DNA of 39,336 nucleotides from a phage: the sequence record PV991107.1, one strand, 5' to 3'. The notes under the pieces were generated by a model. That model saw only the letters and a list, made by a program, of their open reading frames with translations. It did no database searches and had not been told where the DNA came from. Of the stretch, positions 10,301 through 18,425 are shown one piece after another (the first letter of the stretch is position 1; every line of letters begins with the position of its first letter). Made by a program: the position numbers and the translations under genes.

Positions 10301-11285
10301 CAACGGTACGACCAACTACCTGTTAGATGCTGGACGTCAAGGCTTCCTGTCTGACATCGTGGAGCATAGCCTGACTGGTAGTAAGCGTAAGTTCGATGAC
10401 CGCTGGCTTAAGACCGCTGGTATCTCTGACGAGCAGTGGAAGGGCATTAAGTCCCTCATCCGTGAGTCAGTGACTCGTGGTCCAGACGGGAAGTACACCA
10501 TCAAGGATAAGAAGGCGTTCAGTCAGGACCCAAGGGCTATGGACCTATGGCGTATGGGTGACACCATCGCCGATGAAACGTTACTCCGTCCTCATAAGCT
10601 GTCCAACATGGACGCCAAGGCTTATGGTCCTCTCGCTAAGACTGTCCTTCAGTTTAAGAACTTCGTCATCAAGTCCATCAATGGTCGAACCATGCGAACA
10701 TTCTATAACGCCACGAAGAACAACCGAGCGATGGACGCTGCACTGTCTACTGTGATGTCTATGGGTCTGGCTGGTATCTACTACATGGCTCAGGCGCACG
10801 TCAAGGCTTACGCTATGCAGGACGGTCGAGACCGAGATTATCTCAAGCAAGCTCTGGACCCAACGATGATTGGCTATGCGGCCCTGTCACGTAGTTCACA
10901 TCTGGGTGGACCACTTGGGGTAGCTAACATTCTAGGTGGCATCGCTGGGTATGAGGACACTAAGATGCTCCGTTCGTCTATCCTCCCGCGTTCACCTACA
11001 GAGAAACCCGAACGTGCCATCTCATATGGCGCGGCTACAAGTGACCCTGTGATGAATGTCGTTGGTAACTTCTTGGAGCAGGTCCCGGCTTTCGGCTATG
11101 CTGCTAACGTTGGCGCTTCGGCATACAACTTGGCTGGCTACCTCAAGGCTGATACTCGTGTCAACGAGCGTGACTACATGACCGGGATGTATAATACGTT
11201 CCGTGAACTGGTTCCGAACGACCCGATTACTCAGAAGTTGCTACTGGGAACGTTTGAGGAGCAAGGTATCCACATCAAGGACTAA
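7398..11285 (+). CDS. Internal virion protein C/D (T7 gene 16 homolog) with a non-T7-like N-terminal domain
   Basis: ORF-track frame 7380-11285 trimmed to ATG after AAGGAG; from about residue 200 onward many blocks match T7 gp16 as recalled (TRWN..W..EEL, GAGVDPL.YVP, RLEARETARN, RSPTGMQSGASGK, GTYVPHVY, ENNSFLEARNLFDSD, LDPTMI..AALSRSS). Confidence 0.9.
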   Translation: MATRGIRNNNPGNIRVSKDQWEGMTGDDGAFVTFDSPESGVRALGKNLLSYGRRGYDSIEKIINRWAPPNENDTKAYIDSVVAATGIPATQSLDLSDPDTLSSLAQAISFHETGSRYDPEVYQKGVARALNGISPKTPPVSANVFDALTEGLKAKPKVALGENLPTAAGLNIEGQAPEAPNESFGEMFYTATGETMQEREDRSTWFGFGAATEAEVKNSMVGVAIRAGQTEDSLDVIGDVFNPTRWNNHKWTREELDQIRNAGVLPQYYGVITGGSPQNLTELINLALENQKLDQEKAKAGTGAQLAAGVIGAGVDPLTYVPIAGQVGKGGKLVNKMFTVAAQSGALAGVSEMARTSVAGGDAHVAEAILGGALFGGGMTAIADGLGRALGRNTNEFAGPATRLEARETARNVDGQDLSRLPIQEGEQTFSHQGVKFADVPNEPGSVRLEDGSILIGENPLNPKTRQVFDEVIEPERAAAGVNLGGLTEIGLKLLRSENPEIRGVAADLVRSPTGMQSGASGKIGTTASDVFERLRAVDHRFYNDIDDAVTEALKDPYFQTAFWRDSGAFRQDIYQRVSMAIEDGSGNLKAELTPGELKVYDLLKNQFDAKREMMENPAMFGRPDAQSIFPGSRFKGTYVPHVYSNQMKELYIKELGSPEALQEAIKKSWLTSYASRPEVKKRVDEALLEADPTLTPEGLAAAVDKYANDKAYGISHTEQFERSSVMEENINGLVGLENNSFLEARNLFDSDMSIVLPNGQTFSVNNLREWDMDKIVPAYNRRVNGDIAIMAGTGKTTKDMKDLVETMMNKAGDDGKLKGEVSTLRDTLKILTGRARRDGADDAAFATVMRTMTDLSFFAKNAYMGVQNLTEIGGMLARGNVRAMLHGVPIFRDLAFRNKKVGASEIKDLHNVIFGKELDDSIRPSKQDVIDRLRSYSDLGRGTATALGTAKYYTGELAVRSPFTKVLNGTTNYLLDAGRQGFLSDIVEHSLTGSKRKFDDRWLKTAGISDEQWKGIKSLIRESVTRGPDGKYTIKDKKAFSQDPRAMDLWRMGDTIADETLLRPHKLSNMDAKAYGPLAKTVLQFKNFVIKSINGRTMRTFYNATKNNRAMDAALSTVMSMGLAGIYYMAQAHVKAYAMQDGRDRDYLKQALDPTMIGYAALSRSSHLGGPLGVANILGGIAGYEDTKMLRSSILPRSPTEKPERAISYGAATSDPVMNVVGNFLEQVPAFGYAANVGASAYNLAGYLKADTRVNERDYMTGMYNTFRELVPNDPITQKLLLGTFEEQGIHIKD

Positions 11286-11303
11286 ACTATCACTATAGGA
11301 AAC
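11281..11303 (+). promoter_or_regulatory. Phage RNAP promoter (phi17-like), overlapping gene 16 stop codon
   Basis: ACTAAACTATCACTATAGGAAAC; perfect consensus -17 to +2; followed by a hairpin at 11300-11330. Confidence 0.8.
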
Positions 11304-11349
11304 GGGAGGCGCTACCATAGGTCTCCGTTTAAATAACAAAGGAGGCATA

Positions 11350-13881
11350 ATGTCCACGATTACACAATTCCCTTCAGGAAACACTCAGTACAGGATTGAG
11401 TTCGACTACCTAGCCAGAACGTTTGTTGTTGTTACGCTGGTGAATAGCTCTAACCCTACCCTGAACCGTGTACTGGAAGTTGGTCGAGATTACCGATTCC
11501 TTAACCCAACGATGATTGAGATGTTGGTGGACCAATCAGGTTTCGACATCGTTCGTATTCACCGTCAGACTGGAACTGACTTAGTGGTAGACTTCAGGAA
11601 TGGCTCAGTGTTGACAGCTAGTGACCTGACCAATTCAGAGCTTCAGGCTATCCATATTGCAGAAGAAGGTCGAGACCAAACGGTTGACTTAGCGAAGGAA
11701 TATGCCGATGCTGCTGGTAGCTCTGCTGGCAACGCTAAGGATAGCGAGGACGAAGCACGCCGAATCGCTGAGAGTATCAGGGAAGCTGGTCTAATTGGCT
11801 ATATTACCCGTCGCTCCTTCGAGAAAGGCTACAACGTTACAACATGGAGCGAGGTCCTGCTATGGGAAGAGGATGGTGATTATTACCGCTGGGATGGTAC
11901 GCTTCCAAAGAACGTTCCTGCTGGTTCAACTCCTGAAACTTCCGGTGGGATTGGTTTAGGTGCGTGGGTTAGTGTTGGTGATGCTGCTTTAAGAAGTCAG
12001 ATTTCAAACCCGGAAGGGGCAATACTCTACCCGGAATTGCAGATGGCAAGATGGCGTGATGAGGGTGATGTTCGAGGCTGGGGTGCTAAAGGGGATGGTG
12101 TAACAGATAGTACGGAGAATATAGCTGCTTCACTAAATTCTCAAAAAGCTGTCGTAGCATCAGAAGGTGTATTCTCTAGTTCTGGTATTAATAGTAATTA
12201 CTGTAACTTAGACGGTAGAGGCAGTGGTGTACTAAGTCACCGTTCAAGTACAGGTAACTACTTAGTATTTAACAATCTACGCTCAGGTCGCTTAAGTAAT
12301 ATTACGGTAGAAAGTAATAAGGCGACCGATACCGCTCAAGGGCAGCAGGTATCTCTTGCTGGTGGCAGTGATGTTACTATAAGTGATGTTAATTTCTCAA
12401 ACGTTAAGGGCGCTGGTTTCAGTTTAATCACATACCCTAATGATGCACCCTCTGATGGGCTTATGATTAAAGGCATTCGAGGTAGCTACTCCGGCTATGC
12501 TACTAATAAGGCGGCTGGATGCATACTTGCTGATTCCTCAGTTAACTCCCTCATAAATAACGTCATTGCTAAGAACTACCCTCAGTTCGGGGCTGTAGAA
12601 CTGAAAGGTACAGCCAGTTATAACATAGTCAGCAATGTCATAGGGGCAGACTGCCAGCATGTAACTTACAACGGTACAGAAGGGTCAATAGCTCCCTCTA
12701 ACAACCTTATCAATGGGGTAGTGGCTAATAATCCTAAATATGCAGCGGTTGTTGCAGGCAAAGGTAGTACCAACTTAATCTCCGATGTGCTTGTAGATTT
12801 CTCAACCTCTGATGCTAGGCAGGCTCATGGTGTTACAGTAGAAGGTTCTGATAACGTCATAAATAATGTGCTTATGTCAGGGTGTGATGGTACTAACTCT
12901 TTAGGGCAAGCTCAAACTGCTACAATTGCACGCTTTATAGATACAGCTAATAACAACTATGCGTCTGTATTTCCTAGCTACAGTGCTACAGGTGTTATTA
13001 CTTTCGAATCAGGTTCTACCCGTAACTTCGTAGAGGTAAAGCATCCGGGAAGGAGAAACGACCTTCTCAGTGCTACTGGTACTATTGAAGGTACAGTTAC
13101 TATTGACGGCACTAGTAATAGCAACGTAGTGCACGCTCCTGCATTAGGACAGTACATAGGCAGTATGTCCGGTAGGTTCGAATGGCGGATTAAGTCCATG
13201 TCACTTCCATCAGGGGTTCTTACCTCTGCGGATAAGTACAGGATGCTTGCCGATGGGGCTGTGTCATTAGCTGTAGGTGGAGGTACTTCTTCTCAAGTGC
13301 GCCTGTTCACTTCTGACGGCACTTATCGGAATATATCACTTACTGGAGGTAACGTGCGTCTTCCTACCAGTAGCACAGGTTATTTGCAGTTAGGTTCTAA
13401 TGCAATGACCCCAGATAGTACTAATACATACGCATTAGGTTCCGTAAGTCGAGCATGGTCTGGCGGTTTTACTCAATCAGCATTCACTGTTGTCTCAGAT
13501 GCTAGGGATAAAACAGAGCCTCTTAATATCTCAGATGCTTTACTGGATGCTTGGTCTGAAGTTGACTTTGTGCAGTTTCAGTACTTGGACCGAATTGAGG
13601 AGAAGGGTGCAGACTCAGCTAGATGGCACTTCGGCATCATCGCTCAGCGAGCTAAGGAGGCCTTCGAACGTCACGGTATAGATGCACATCGCTATGGCTT
13701 CCTGTGCTTCGACAGTTGGGATGATGTATACGAGGAAGATGCCAATGGCTCTCGTAAACTGATTACACCAGCAGGTTCCCGCTACGGTATTCGTTACGAG
13801 GAAGTACTGATATTAGAGGCTGCGTTGATGCGGCGTACTATTAAGCGTATGCAGGAAGCATTAGCTGTTATGTCTAAGTGA
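11350..13881 (+). CDS. Tail fibre / tailspike (T7 gene 17 N-terminal adaptor domain + beta-helix-like central domain + C-terminal intramolecular chaperone-like domain)
   Basis: 843-aa ORF; N-terminal ~150 aa resemble T7 gp17 (..FDYLAR.FVVVTL..DYRF..); central region rich in short N/S/G/V repeats typical of parallel beta-helix enzymes; C-terminal block SDARDK...GIIAQRAKEAFERHG...GIRYEE resembles Peptidase S74 autoproteolytic chaperone domains. Confidence 0.85.
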   Translation: MSTITQFPSGNTQYRIEFDYLARTFVVVTLVNSSNPTLNRVLEVGRDYRFLNPTMIEMLVDQSGFDIVRIHRQTGTDLVVDFRNGSVLTASDLTNSELQAIHIAEEGRDQTVDLAKEYADAAGSSAGNAKDSEDEARRIAESIREAGLIGYITRRSFEKGYNVTTWSEVLLWEEDGDYYRWDGTLPKNVPAGSTPETSGGIGLGAWVSVGDAALRSQISNPEGAILYPELQMARWRDEGDVRGWGAKGDGVTDSTENIAASLNSQKAVVASEGVFSSSGINSNYCNLDGRGSGVLSHRSSTGNYLVFNNLRSGRLSNITVESNKATDTAQGQQVSLAGGSDVTISDVNFSNVKGAGFSLITYPNDAPSDGLMIKGIRGSYSGYATNKAAGCILADSSVNSLINNVIAKNYPQFGAVELKGTASYNIVSNVIGADCQHVTYNGTEGSIAPSNNLINGVVANNPKYAAVVAGKGSTNLISDVLVDFSTSDARQAHGVTVEGSDNVINNVLMSGCDGTNSLGQAQTATIARFIDTANNNYASVFPSYSATGVITFESGSTRNFVEVKHPGRRNDLLSATGTIEGTVTIDGTSNSNVVHAPALGQYIGSMSGRFEWRIKSMSLPSGVLTSADKYRMLADGAVSLAVGGGTSSQVRLFTSDGTYRNISLTGGNVRLPTSSTGYLQLGSNAMTPDSTNTYALGSVSRAWSGGFTQSAFTVVSDARDKTEPLNISDALLDAWSEVDFVQFQYLDRIEEKGADSARWHFGIIAQRAKEAFERHGIDAHRYGFLCFDSWDDVYEEDANGSRKLITPAGSRYGIRYEEVLILEAALMRRTIKRMQEALAVMSK

Positions 13882-13985
13882 GTAATACTGGTACGATATT
13901 TTCGCACAATGAAATCGTTGAACACGCTAACCAACGTATGTAACAACTTTGGGTCACGGACGACCTGCTTTAAACTGGAGGTTTT

Positions 13986-14180
13986 ATGATTGAGTTAGAC
14001 TTCAAGAATGAGGTCCTTAAAGCCTCTCCTATCGTCGGGACCGCTGCGGCTGATGGTGCCAGTCGGTTCTTCTTCGGACTTACACTGAACGAATGGTTCT
14101 ACGTTGCAGCTATCGCGTATACCGTTGTCCAGATTGGTGTGCTAGTCTACAAAACGATTAAAGGAGGTGGTAAAACATGA
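13986..14180 (+). CDS. Holin (T7 gene 17.5 homolog)
   Basis: 64 aa; ..ASPIVGTAAADGASRFFFGLTLNEWFYVAAIAYTVVQIG.. closely resembles T7 gp17.5; one TM segment. Confidence 0.85.
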   Translation: MIELDFKNEVLKASPIVGTAAADGASRFFFGLTLNEWFYVAAIAYTVVQIGVLVYKTIKGGGKT

Positions 14181-14440
14181 CGCAGATGGACTTAGAGAAG
14201 TTCCTCTTAATGCTAGATACTGAACGTGCTCGACTCATGCTGCAAGACTTGCGGGATGACACTAAGCGTTCACCTCAGCTTTACAACGCCATTGAGAAGC
14301 TACTGGCTCGTCACAACTTTGTGTTAAGCAAGGTGTCTGTGGACGAGAAGACGCTGGCTGATATGGAGGCCCTGAACGCAGAGTACGATAAGGTGCTTTC
14401 AGCGACTGAGGATAATGACACCGGGTATGGTGTTCAATAA
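14177..14440 (+). CDS. Terminase small subunit / DNA maturase A (T7 gene 18 position)
   Basis: 87 aa (T7 gp18 89 aa); start overlaps holin stop (ATGA); synteny. Confidence 0.65.
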   Translation: MTQMDLEKFLLMLDTERARLMLQDLRDDTKRSPQLYNAIEKLLARHNFVLSKVSVDEKTLADMEALNAEYDKVLSATEDNDTGYGVQ

Positions 14441-14444
14441 GTGT

Positions 14445-14490
14445 TAGACTCAAGGTCATTACTATATGTAGTGGCCTTTATGGTTAACAC
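14445..14490 (+). promoter_or_regulatory. RNase III-like processing hairpin (R18.5-like), member of a 4-copy motif family
   Basis: TAGACTCAAGGTCATTACTATATGTAGTGGCCTTTATGGTTAACAC; shares GACTCAAGGTCAT...GTGGCCTTTATG core with sites at 19084, 23271, 30712. Confidence 0.5.
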
Positions 14491-14541
14491 TAACTAGTGG
14501 AGGCGACTCTACGTGAAATCTGATAAACCGGGAGGGCAACT

Positions 14542-14988
14542 ATGCTCGAATTTTTAAAGAGAGCGGCTCCGTGGTTACTTGCAGCAGTGATGTTTGCTGG
14601 TGGCTACCACACCGCTAACAATAAGTGGGAGGCTAAGGTCAATGCAGAATACACCTCGAATCTTAAGGCATCGGAAGATACAAGGCTTGCTGTCCAAGCT
14701 GAAGTCAACAAAGTGTCCAAACGGTTTCAGGACGAAATGTCCTCGTTGGAAGGCAGCACTGATAGGATTATTGCTGACCTTCAGTCTGACAATAAGCGGC
14801 TGCGCATCCGAGTCAAGACAACGAGTGGAACCACGCAAAGTGACGGTCGATGCATCATTGATGGTTACGCCGAACTTGACGAACGAGATGCTAAACGTCT
14901 TATCGCCATCGGAGTGAAAGGAGACAAATGGATTAAGGCACTTCAGGACACTGTGAGAGCCTTACAGCAAGAGAAGGAGACCAAATGA
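14542..14988 (+). CDS. Rz-like i-spanin (T7 gene 18.5 homolog)
   Basis: 148 aa, N-terminal TM (WLLAAVMFAGG), coiled-coil rest; SD GGGAGGG upstream; position after small terminase. Confidence 0.8.
   Translation: MLEFLKRAAPWLLAAVMFAGGYHTANNKWEAKVNAEYTSNLKASEDTRLAVQAEVNKVSKRFQDEMSSLEGSTDRIIADLQSDNKRLRIRVKTTSGTTQSDGRCIIDGYAELDERDAKRLIAIGVKGDKWIKALQDTVRALQQEKETK
14642..14917 (+). CDS. Rz1-like o-spanin lipoprotein embedded in +1 frame of Rz (T7 gene 18.7 homolog)
   Basis: Within ORF-track frame 14594-14917; ..RWKAALIGLLLTFSLTISGCASES.. contains a lipobox (ISGC) and resembles T7 Rz1 as recalled; first in-frame ATG taken as start (uncertain). Confidence 0.65.
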   Translation: MQNTPRILRHRKIQGLLSKLKSTKCPNGFRTKCPRWKAALIGLLLTFSLTISGCASESRQRVEPRKVTVDASLMVTPNLTNEMLNVLSPSE

Positions 14989-15146
14989 TGTGGAAGACTA
15001 CCTACCTATTCTTGGACGGCTCTGAGATGCTTGGGTGGCGTTATACAAGCATTGAGTCTGCCTACATGGTGGCTGCTGAGGCCCTGACTTCCGGTAAGAA
15101 CCCGACGATGATTGGGTTTAAGGTAACTAAGGAGGTGACGCATTGA
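14985..15146 (+). CDS. Small hypothetical protein (53 aa) between Rz and large terminase
   Basis: ATG overlapping Rz stop, SD GAAGGAG upstream, stop overlaps terminase TTG start; no counterpart at this position in T7. Confidence 0.35.
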   Translation: MMWKTTYLFLDGSEMLGWRYTSIESAYMVAAEALTSGKNPTMIGFKVTKEVTH

Positions 15147-16906
15147 GTAAAGACTTAGTGGCGCGTCAGGCGCTAATGACTTCCCGCATGAAGGCAGACT
15201 TCGTGTTCTTCCTGTTCGTCCTGTGGAAAGCTCTGTCACTCCCAGTCCCGACTCGCTGTCAGATTGACATGGCAAAGAAACTATCGGCTGGGGACAACAG
15301 GCGCTTCATCTTACAGGCGTTCCGTGGTATCGGGAAGTCCTTCATTACGTGTGCCTTCGTGGTCTGGAAGCTCTGGAACAACCCGGACTTGAAGTTCATG
15401 ATTGTGTCGGCCTCAAAGGAACGAGCCGATGCTAACTCCATCTTCATCAAGCGAATAATCGACCTCATGCCTCAGCTTAAGGAACTCAAACATAAGCAGG
15501 GGCAGCGAGATGCGGTTATCAGCTTCGACGTTGGACCAGCCAAGCCAGACCACTCACCTTCGGTTAAGTCCGTTGGTATCACTGGTCAGTTGACTGGTAG
15601 TCGTGCTGACATCCTGATTGCCGATGACGTGGAGGTTCCGAACAACTCAGCGACTCAGTCTGCACGAGACCGTCTGTCAGAGCTTGTGAAAGAGTTCGAC
15701 GCTATCCTGAAGCCGGGAGGTACAATCATCTATCTGGGTACTCCTCAGAACGAGATGACCCTGTACCGTGAGTTGGAAGGTCGTGGGTACACCACTACCA
15801 TCTGGCCTGCTCGTTATCCACGCGACAGGAAGGACTGGCAGTCTTACGGTGACCGTCTGGCACCGATGCTTCAGGCAGAGCTGGAAGAGGACCCTGAGTC
15901 CTTCTACTGGCGTCCGACCGATGAAGTACGATTCGATGATACGGACCTGAAGGAACGTGAGCTGTCCTATGGTAAAGCTGGCTTCGCGCTACAGTTCATG
16001 CTTAACCCTAACCTGAGTGATGCAGAGAAGTACCCTCTGAAGCTCCGTGACCTTATCGTAGCAGACTTGGACCCAGCGTCTAGCCCAATGGTATACCAAT
16101 GGCTTCCTAACCCTCAGAACAAGCGTGAGGACGTTCCTAACGTTGGACTCATAGGTGACTCATACCACACGTATCAGACTGTAGGTTCTGCCTTCAGTTC
16201 GTACACCCAGAAGATTCTAGTCATTGACCCTAGTGGTCGTGGTAAGGATGAAACTGGTTATGCGGTACTGTACCAGCTAAACGGCTACATCTTCGCTATG
16301 GAAGTTGGCGGTATGCGAGGTGGCTATGAAGACTCTACGCTGGAAGCCTTGGCTAAGATTGGTCGTAAGTGGAAGGTCAACGAATACGTCATTGAGGGTA
16401 ACTTCGGTGATGGTATGTACCTTGAGCTATTCAAGCCTGTAGCTTCCCGTATTCATCCTGCTGCTGTAACTGAAGTGAAGAGTAAGGGTCAGAAGGAACT
16501 CCGCATCTGTGACGTTCTGGAGCCTATCATGGGGTCTCACCGACTTATCGTTAACGCTGCTGCTATCGTCCAAGATTACCAGTCTGCCTCTGATAAGGAT
16601 GGTGTTCGTAATCCTATCTACTCTCTCTTCTACCAGATGACACGTATCTCTCGTGAACGTGGAGCATTGGCACACGATGACCGACTTGATGCGCTGGCTA
16701 TCGGTGTACAGTTCTTCGTTGAGTCTATGGCGAAGGATGCCAACAAAGGCGAACGTGAAGTCACTGAGGAGTGGCTGGAGGAACAGATGGAGAACCCACG
16801 GAAAGGCTTCGAGTCCATCCACACTGAGTTCTGGGACAATGGGGTCCGGGTAACTCACGATACGGACGACGAGCTGGGGCTAGGGTCCTACGTTACGTTC
16901 CACTAG
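15143..16906 (+). CDS. Terminase large subunit / DNA maturase B (T7 gene 19 homolog), TTG start
   Basis: 587 aa (T7 gp19 586 aa); strong similarity throughout (..[46 protein letters not shown].. , ..[20 protein letters not shown]..); TTG preceded by AAGGAGG at 7-nt spacing. Confidence 0.95.
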   Translation: MSKDLVARQALMTSRMKADFVFFLFVLWKALSLPVPTRCQIDMAKKLSAGDNRRFILQAFRGIGKSFITCAFVVWKLWNNPDLKFMIVSASKERADANSIFIKRIIDLMPQLKELKHKQGQRDAVISFDVGPAKPDHSPSVKSVGITGQLTGSRADILIADDVEVPNNSATQSARDRLSELVKEFDAILKPGGTIIYLGTPQNEMTLYRELEGRGYTTTIWPARYPRDRKDWQSYGDRLAPMLQAELEEDPESFYWRPTDEVRFDDTDLKERELSYGKAGFALQFMLNPNLSDAEKYPLKLRDLIVADLDPASSPMVYQWLPNPQNKREDVPNVGLIGDSYHTYQTVGSAFSSYTQKILVIDPSGRGKDETGYAVLYQLNGYIFAMEVGGMRGGYEDSTLEALAKIGRKWKVNEYVIEGNFGDGMYLELFKPVASRIHPAAVTEVKSKGQKELRICDVLEPIMGSHRLIVNAAAIVQDYQSASDKDGVRNPIYSLFYQMTRISRERGALAHDDRLDALAIGVQFFVESMAKDANKGEREVTEEWLEEQMENPRKGFESIHTEFWDNGVRVTHDTDDELGLGSYVTFH

Positions 16907-17000
16907 CTGAATGAATAACTATAGGCGAAAACTGAATTAATAAGCAGTTAGTAACCTATAGTTACTACCAGTCTAACCTACTGTTTTACAAGGAGTTTAG

Positions 17001-17023
17001 ACTTAACTATCACTATAGGGAAG
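17001..17023 (+). promoter_or_regulatory. Phage RNAP promoter near right genome end (phiOR-like)
   Basis: ACTTAACTATCACTATAGGGAAG; consensus match -13 to +4. Confidence 0.75.
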
Positions 17024-17203
17024 ACCCCCGGTTACTTATAGTATTACCGTAGTGAATATACATATGCAGACTTTATGCAAGACCTTAGGAGGCAGACTCC
17101 GAGTTCTTACCTAAGGCTTGCACCGATGGAAGGAGGGTGATATTAATCATAATCCCTCCAATACAGATAGTCACCGACCATAGATACAGGAGGTATGTAG
17201 CAT

Positions 17204-17362
17204 ATGGCAAAGACCAAAGCTGTACTTAAAGCTCTGGCGACCAATCGAGCTACATACAGGTTTCTTGCTGCTGTTCTACTTGCTGCTGGCGTTACTGCTG
17301 GAAGTAAGTGGGTCGGGTGGGTCGAGACTCTCGTATGTTCTCTGGTGTCTCAGTGTAATTAA
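17204..17362 (+). CDS. Small hydrophobic protein (gene 19.5-like position)
   Basis: 52-aa ORF MAKTKAVLKALATNRATYRFLAAVLLAAGVTAG.. with ACAGGAGG upstream; position matches T7 gene 19.5; coordinates hand-placed. Confidence 0.4.
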   Translation: MAKTKAVLKALATNRATYRFLAAVLLAAGVTAGSKWVGWVETLVCSLVSQCN

Positions 17363-17395
17363 CGCAATCATGGTAACGATTCATGAGCGGAAGAC

Positions 17396-17436
17396 CTAAG
17401 GTCAGTTCATAGCTGACGCTACTCTACTGACCTTAG
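17396..17436 (+). other. Perfect 11-bp inverted repeat (CTAAGGTCAGT ... ACTGACCTTAG) with 19-nt loop
   Basis: Read directly; lies just downstream of the gene 19.5-like ORF near the right genome end. Confidence 0.6.
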
Positions 17437-17518
17437 CTACTGTAGTCAAGGACTTTAGGTAACACCTTAATAGAAGCTCACTTAGGGTCATCCTACTTAT
17501 TGGTCTATCCTAGTGTCG

Positions 17519-17564
17519 CCTGACCTACGGTCCTTGACCTACAGTAGCTGCCACCTACGGTCAC
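17519..17564 (+). repeat. Short-repeat array (CCTACGGT/CCTACAGT-type) on the right-end side of the terminal repeat
   Basis: CCTGACCTACGGTCCTTGACCTACAGTAGCTGCCACCTACGGTCAC. Confidence 0.6.
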
Positions 17565-17598
17565 TCGATGAGTTTTGGACCAAAAGTTTGAGACCACA

Positions 17599-17812
17599 TC
17601 TCACAGTTCAAGAACCTCAAGTCTCCCCCATAGGCCCTCTTTCAGTCAGACCAAAGGCCCTACCCGTTGCTGCTCCTTGCAGTCACAGCCAGTCTATCAT
17701 AAGGTTAGACCGATGGTCAAGACGTTAGGTCAACGATAGGTCTAGGCTATGGCTTAGGGAAGGACGATAGGTAGTGACTATGGGTCTGTCTCTGAGTCTC
17801 TATCTGTATAAC
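17599..17812 (+). repeat. Candidate direct terminal repeat (single collapsed copy) containing the genome left end
   Basis: Starts TCTCACAGT...CCCCCATAGG and ends ..GTCTGTCTCTGAGTCTCTATCTGTATAACC, paralleling the first and last bases of the T7 160-bp terminal repeat as I recall them; flanked on both sides by short-repeat arrays as in T7. Confidence 0.45.
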
Positions 17813-17975
17813 CATAGGTCCTACAACCTACAGTCCTACAACCATAGGTCCTACACCTACAGTCCTACAACCTACAGTCCTACAACCTACAGTAACAACC
17901 ATAAGACACTCACATCCTACAGTCATAGACCTACAGTTAATAGACACAAAGCTATAGACTTAAGGTCACAGACAT
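17813..17975 (+). repeat. Array of about 10-12 degenerate 8-15 bp tandem repeats (CCTACAGT / CCATAGGT / CTTAAGGT)
   Basis: CATAGGTCCTACAAC CTACAGTCCTACAAC CATAGGTCCTACAC CTACAGTCCTACAAC CTACAGTCCTACAAC CTACAGTAACAAC ...; analogous to the CCTAAAG arrays next to the T7 terminal repeat. Confidence 0.8.
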
Positions 17976-18050
17976 GTTAGTCAAAGACTATATCCTATTA
18001 CTCACCATGGGGCCGACGATAGCTTAATCAATATTATTTAAGATTACCTA

Positions 18051-18079
18051 TTGACTACAGGTCCAGACTATGGCTTAAT
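18051..18079 (+). promoter_or_regulatory. Candidate host sigma70 early promoter (A1-like)
   Basis: TTGACT - 17 nt - CTTAAT; same architecture and relative position as T7 A1 (TTGACT-17-GATACT). Confidence 0.35.
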
Positions 18080-18191
18080 AGCTTCCGTCAACACGACACG
18101 GCAACAACCGGATAGTGAAGACGCCGGGTCATCCCGGTTAAGTAGACAGCCTGATAAGTCATACGAACAACAGGCAGATGACAGAAAGTAG

Positions 18192-18221
18192 TTGACAAGA
18201 TGTACCGACTTAAAGTAGTAT
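18192..18221 (+). promoter_or_regulatory. Candidate host sigma70 early promoter (A2/A3-like)
   Basis: TTGACA - 18 nt - TAGTAT about 200 nt upstream of the first early gene. Confidence 0.4.
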
Positions 18222-18425
18222 GTACCACATCAACACGAAACAACGGTGACGACCAACACTGAAACGGTCTACCTGAAGTCCTCTGACTGAAGGGAATGCT
18301 CTTTAACAATCTGGATAAACTCTTAATGTGCGCCGACAGTGGTTAACTACAGGGTCTTTGAGTCTACATCTGAAGGCCCTGACTGATAGTCACTAACATA
18401 CAATTAACTTTGAGAGGATATAACT

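Noticed and set aside
16907-16975. AACTATAGG / CCTATAGTTAC fragments after the terminase gene
   Set aside because: They contain only the TATAGG part and lack the CAC and upstream recognition element, so I do not call them promoters; the real phiOR-like promoter is at 17001
17513-17728. 71-aa + strand ORF in the terminal-repeat region
   Set aside because: Falls inside the candidate terminal repeat / repeat arrays; no ribosome-binding site; T7-like termini are non-coding
17774-17980. 68-aa + strand ORF (MTMGLSLSLYLYNHRSYNLQSYN...)
   Set aside because: It is simply the translation of the tandem short-repeat array next to the terminal repeat (hence the repetitive YNLQSYNHRSY peptide); no SD, lies in the non-coding genome-end region
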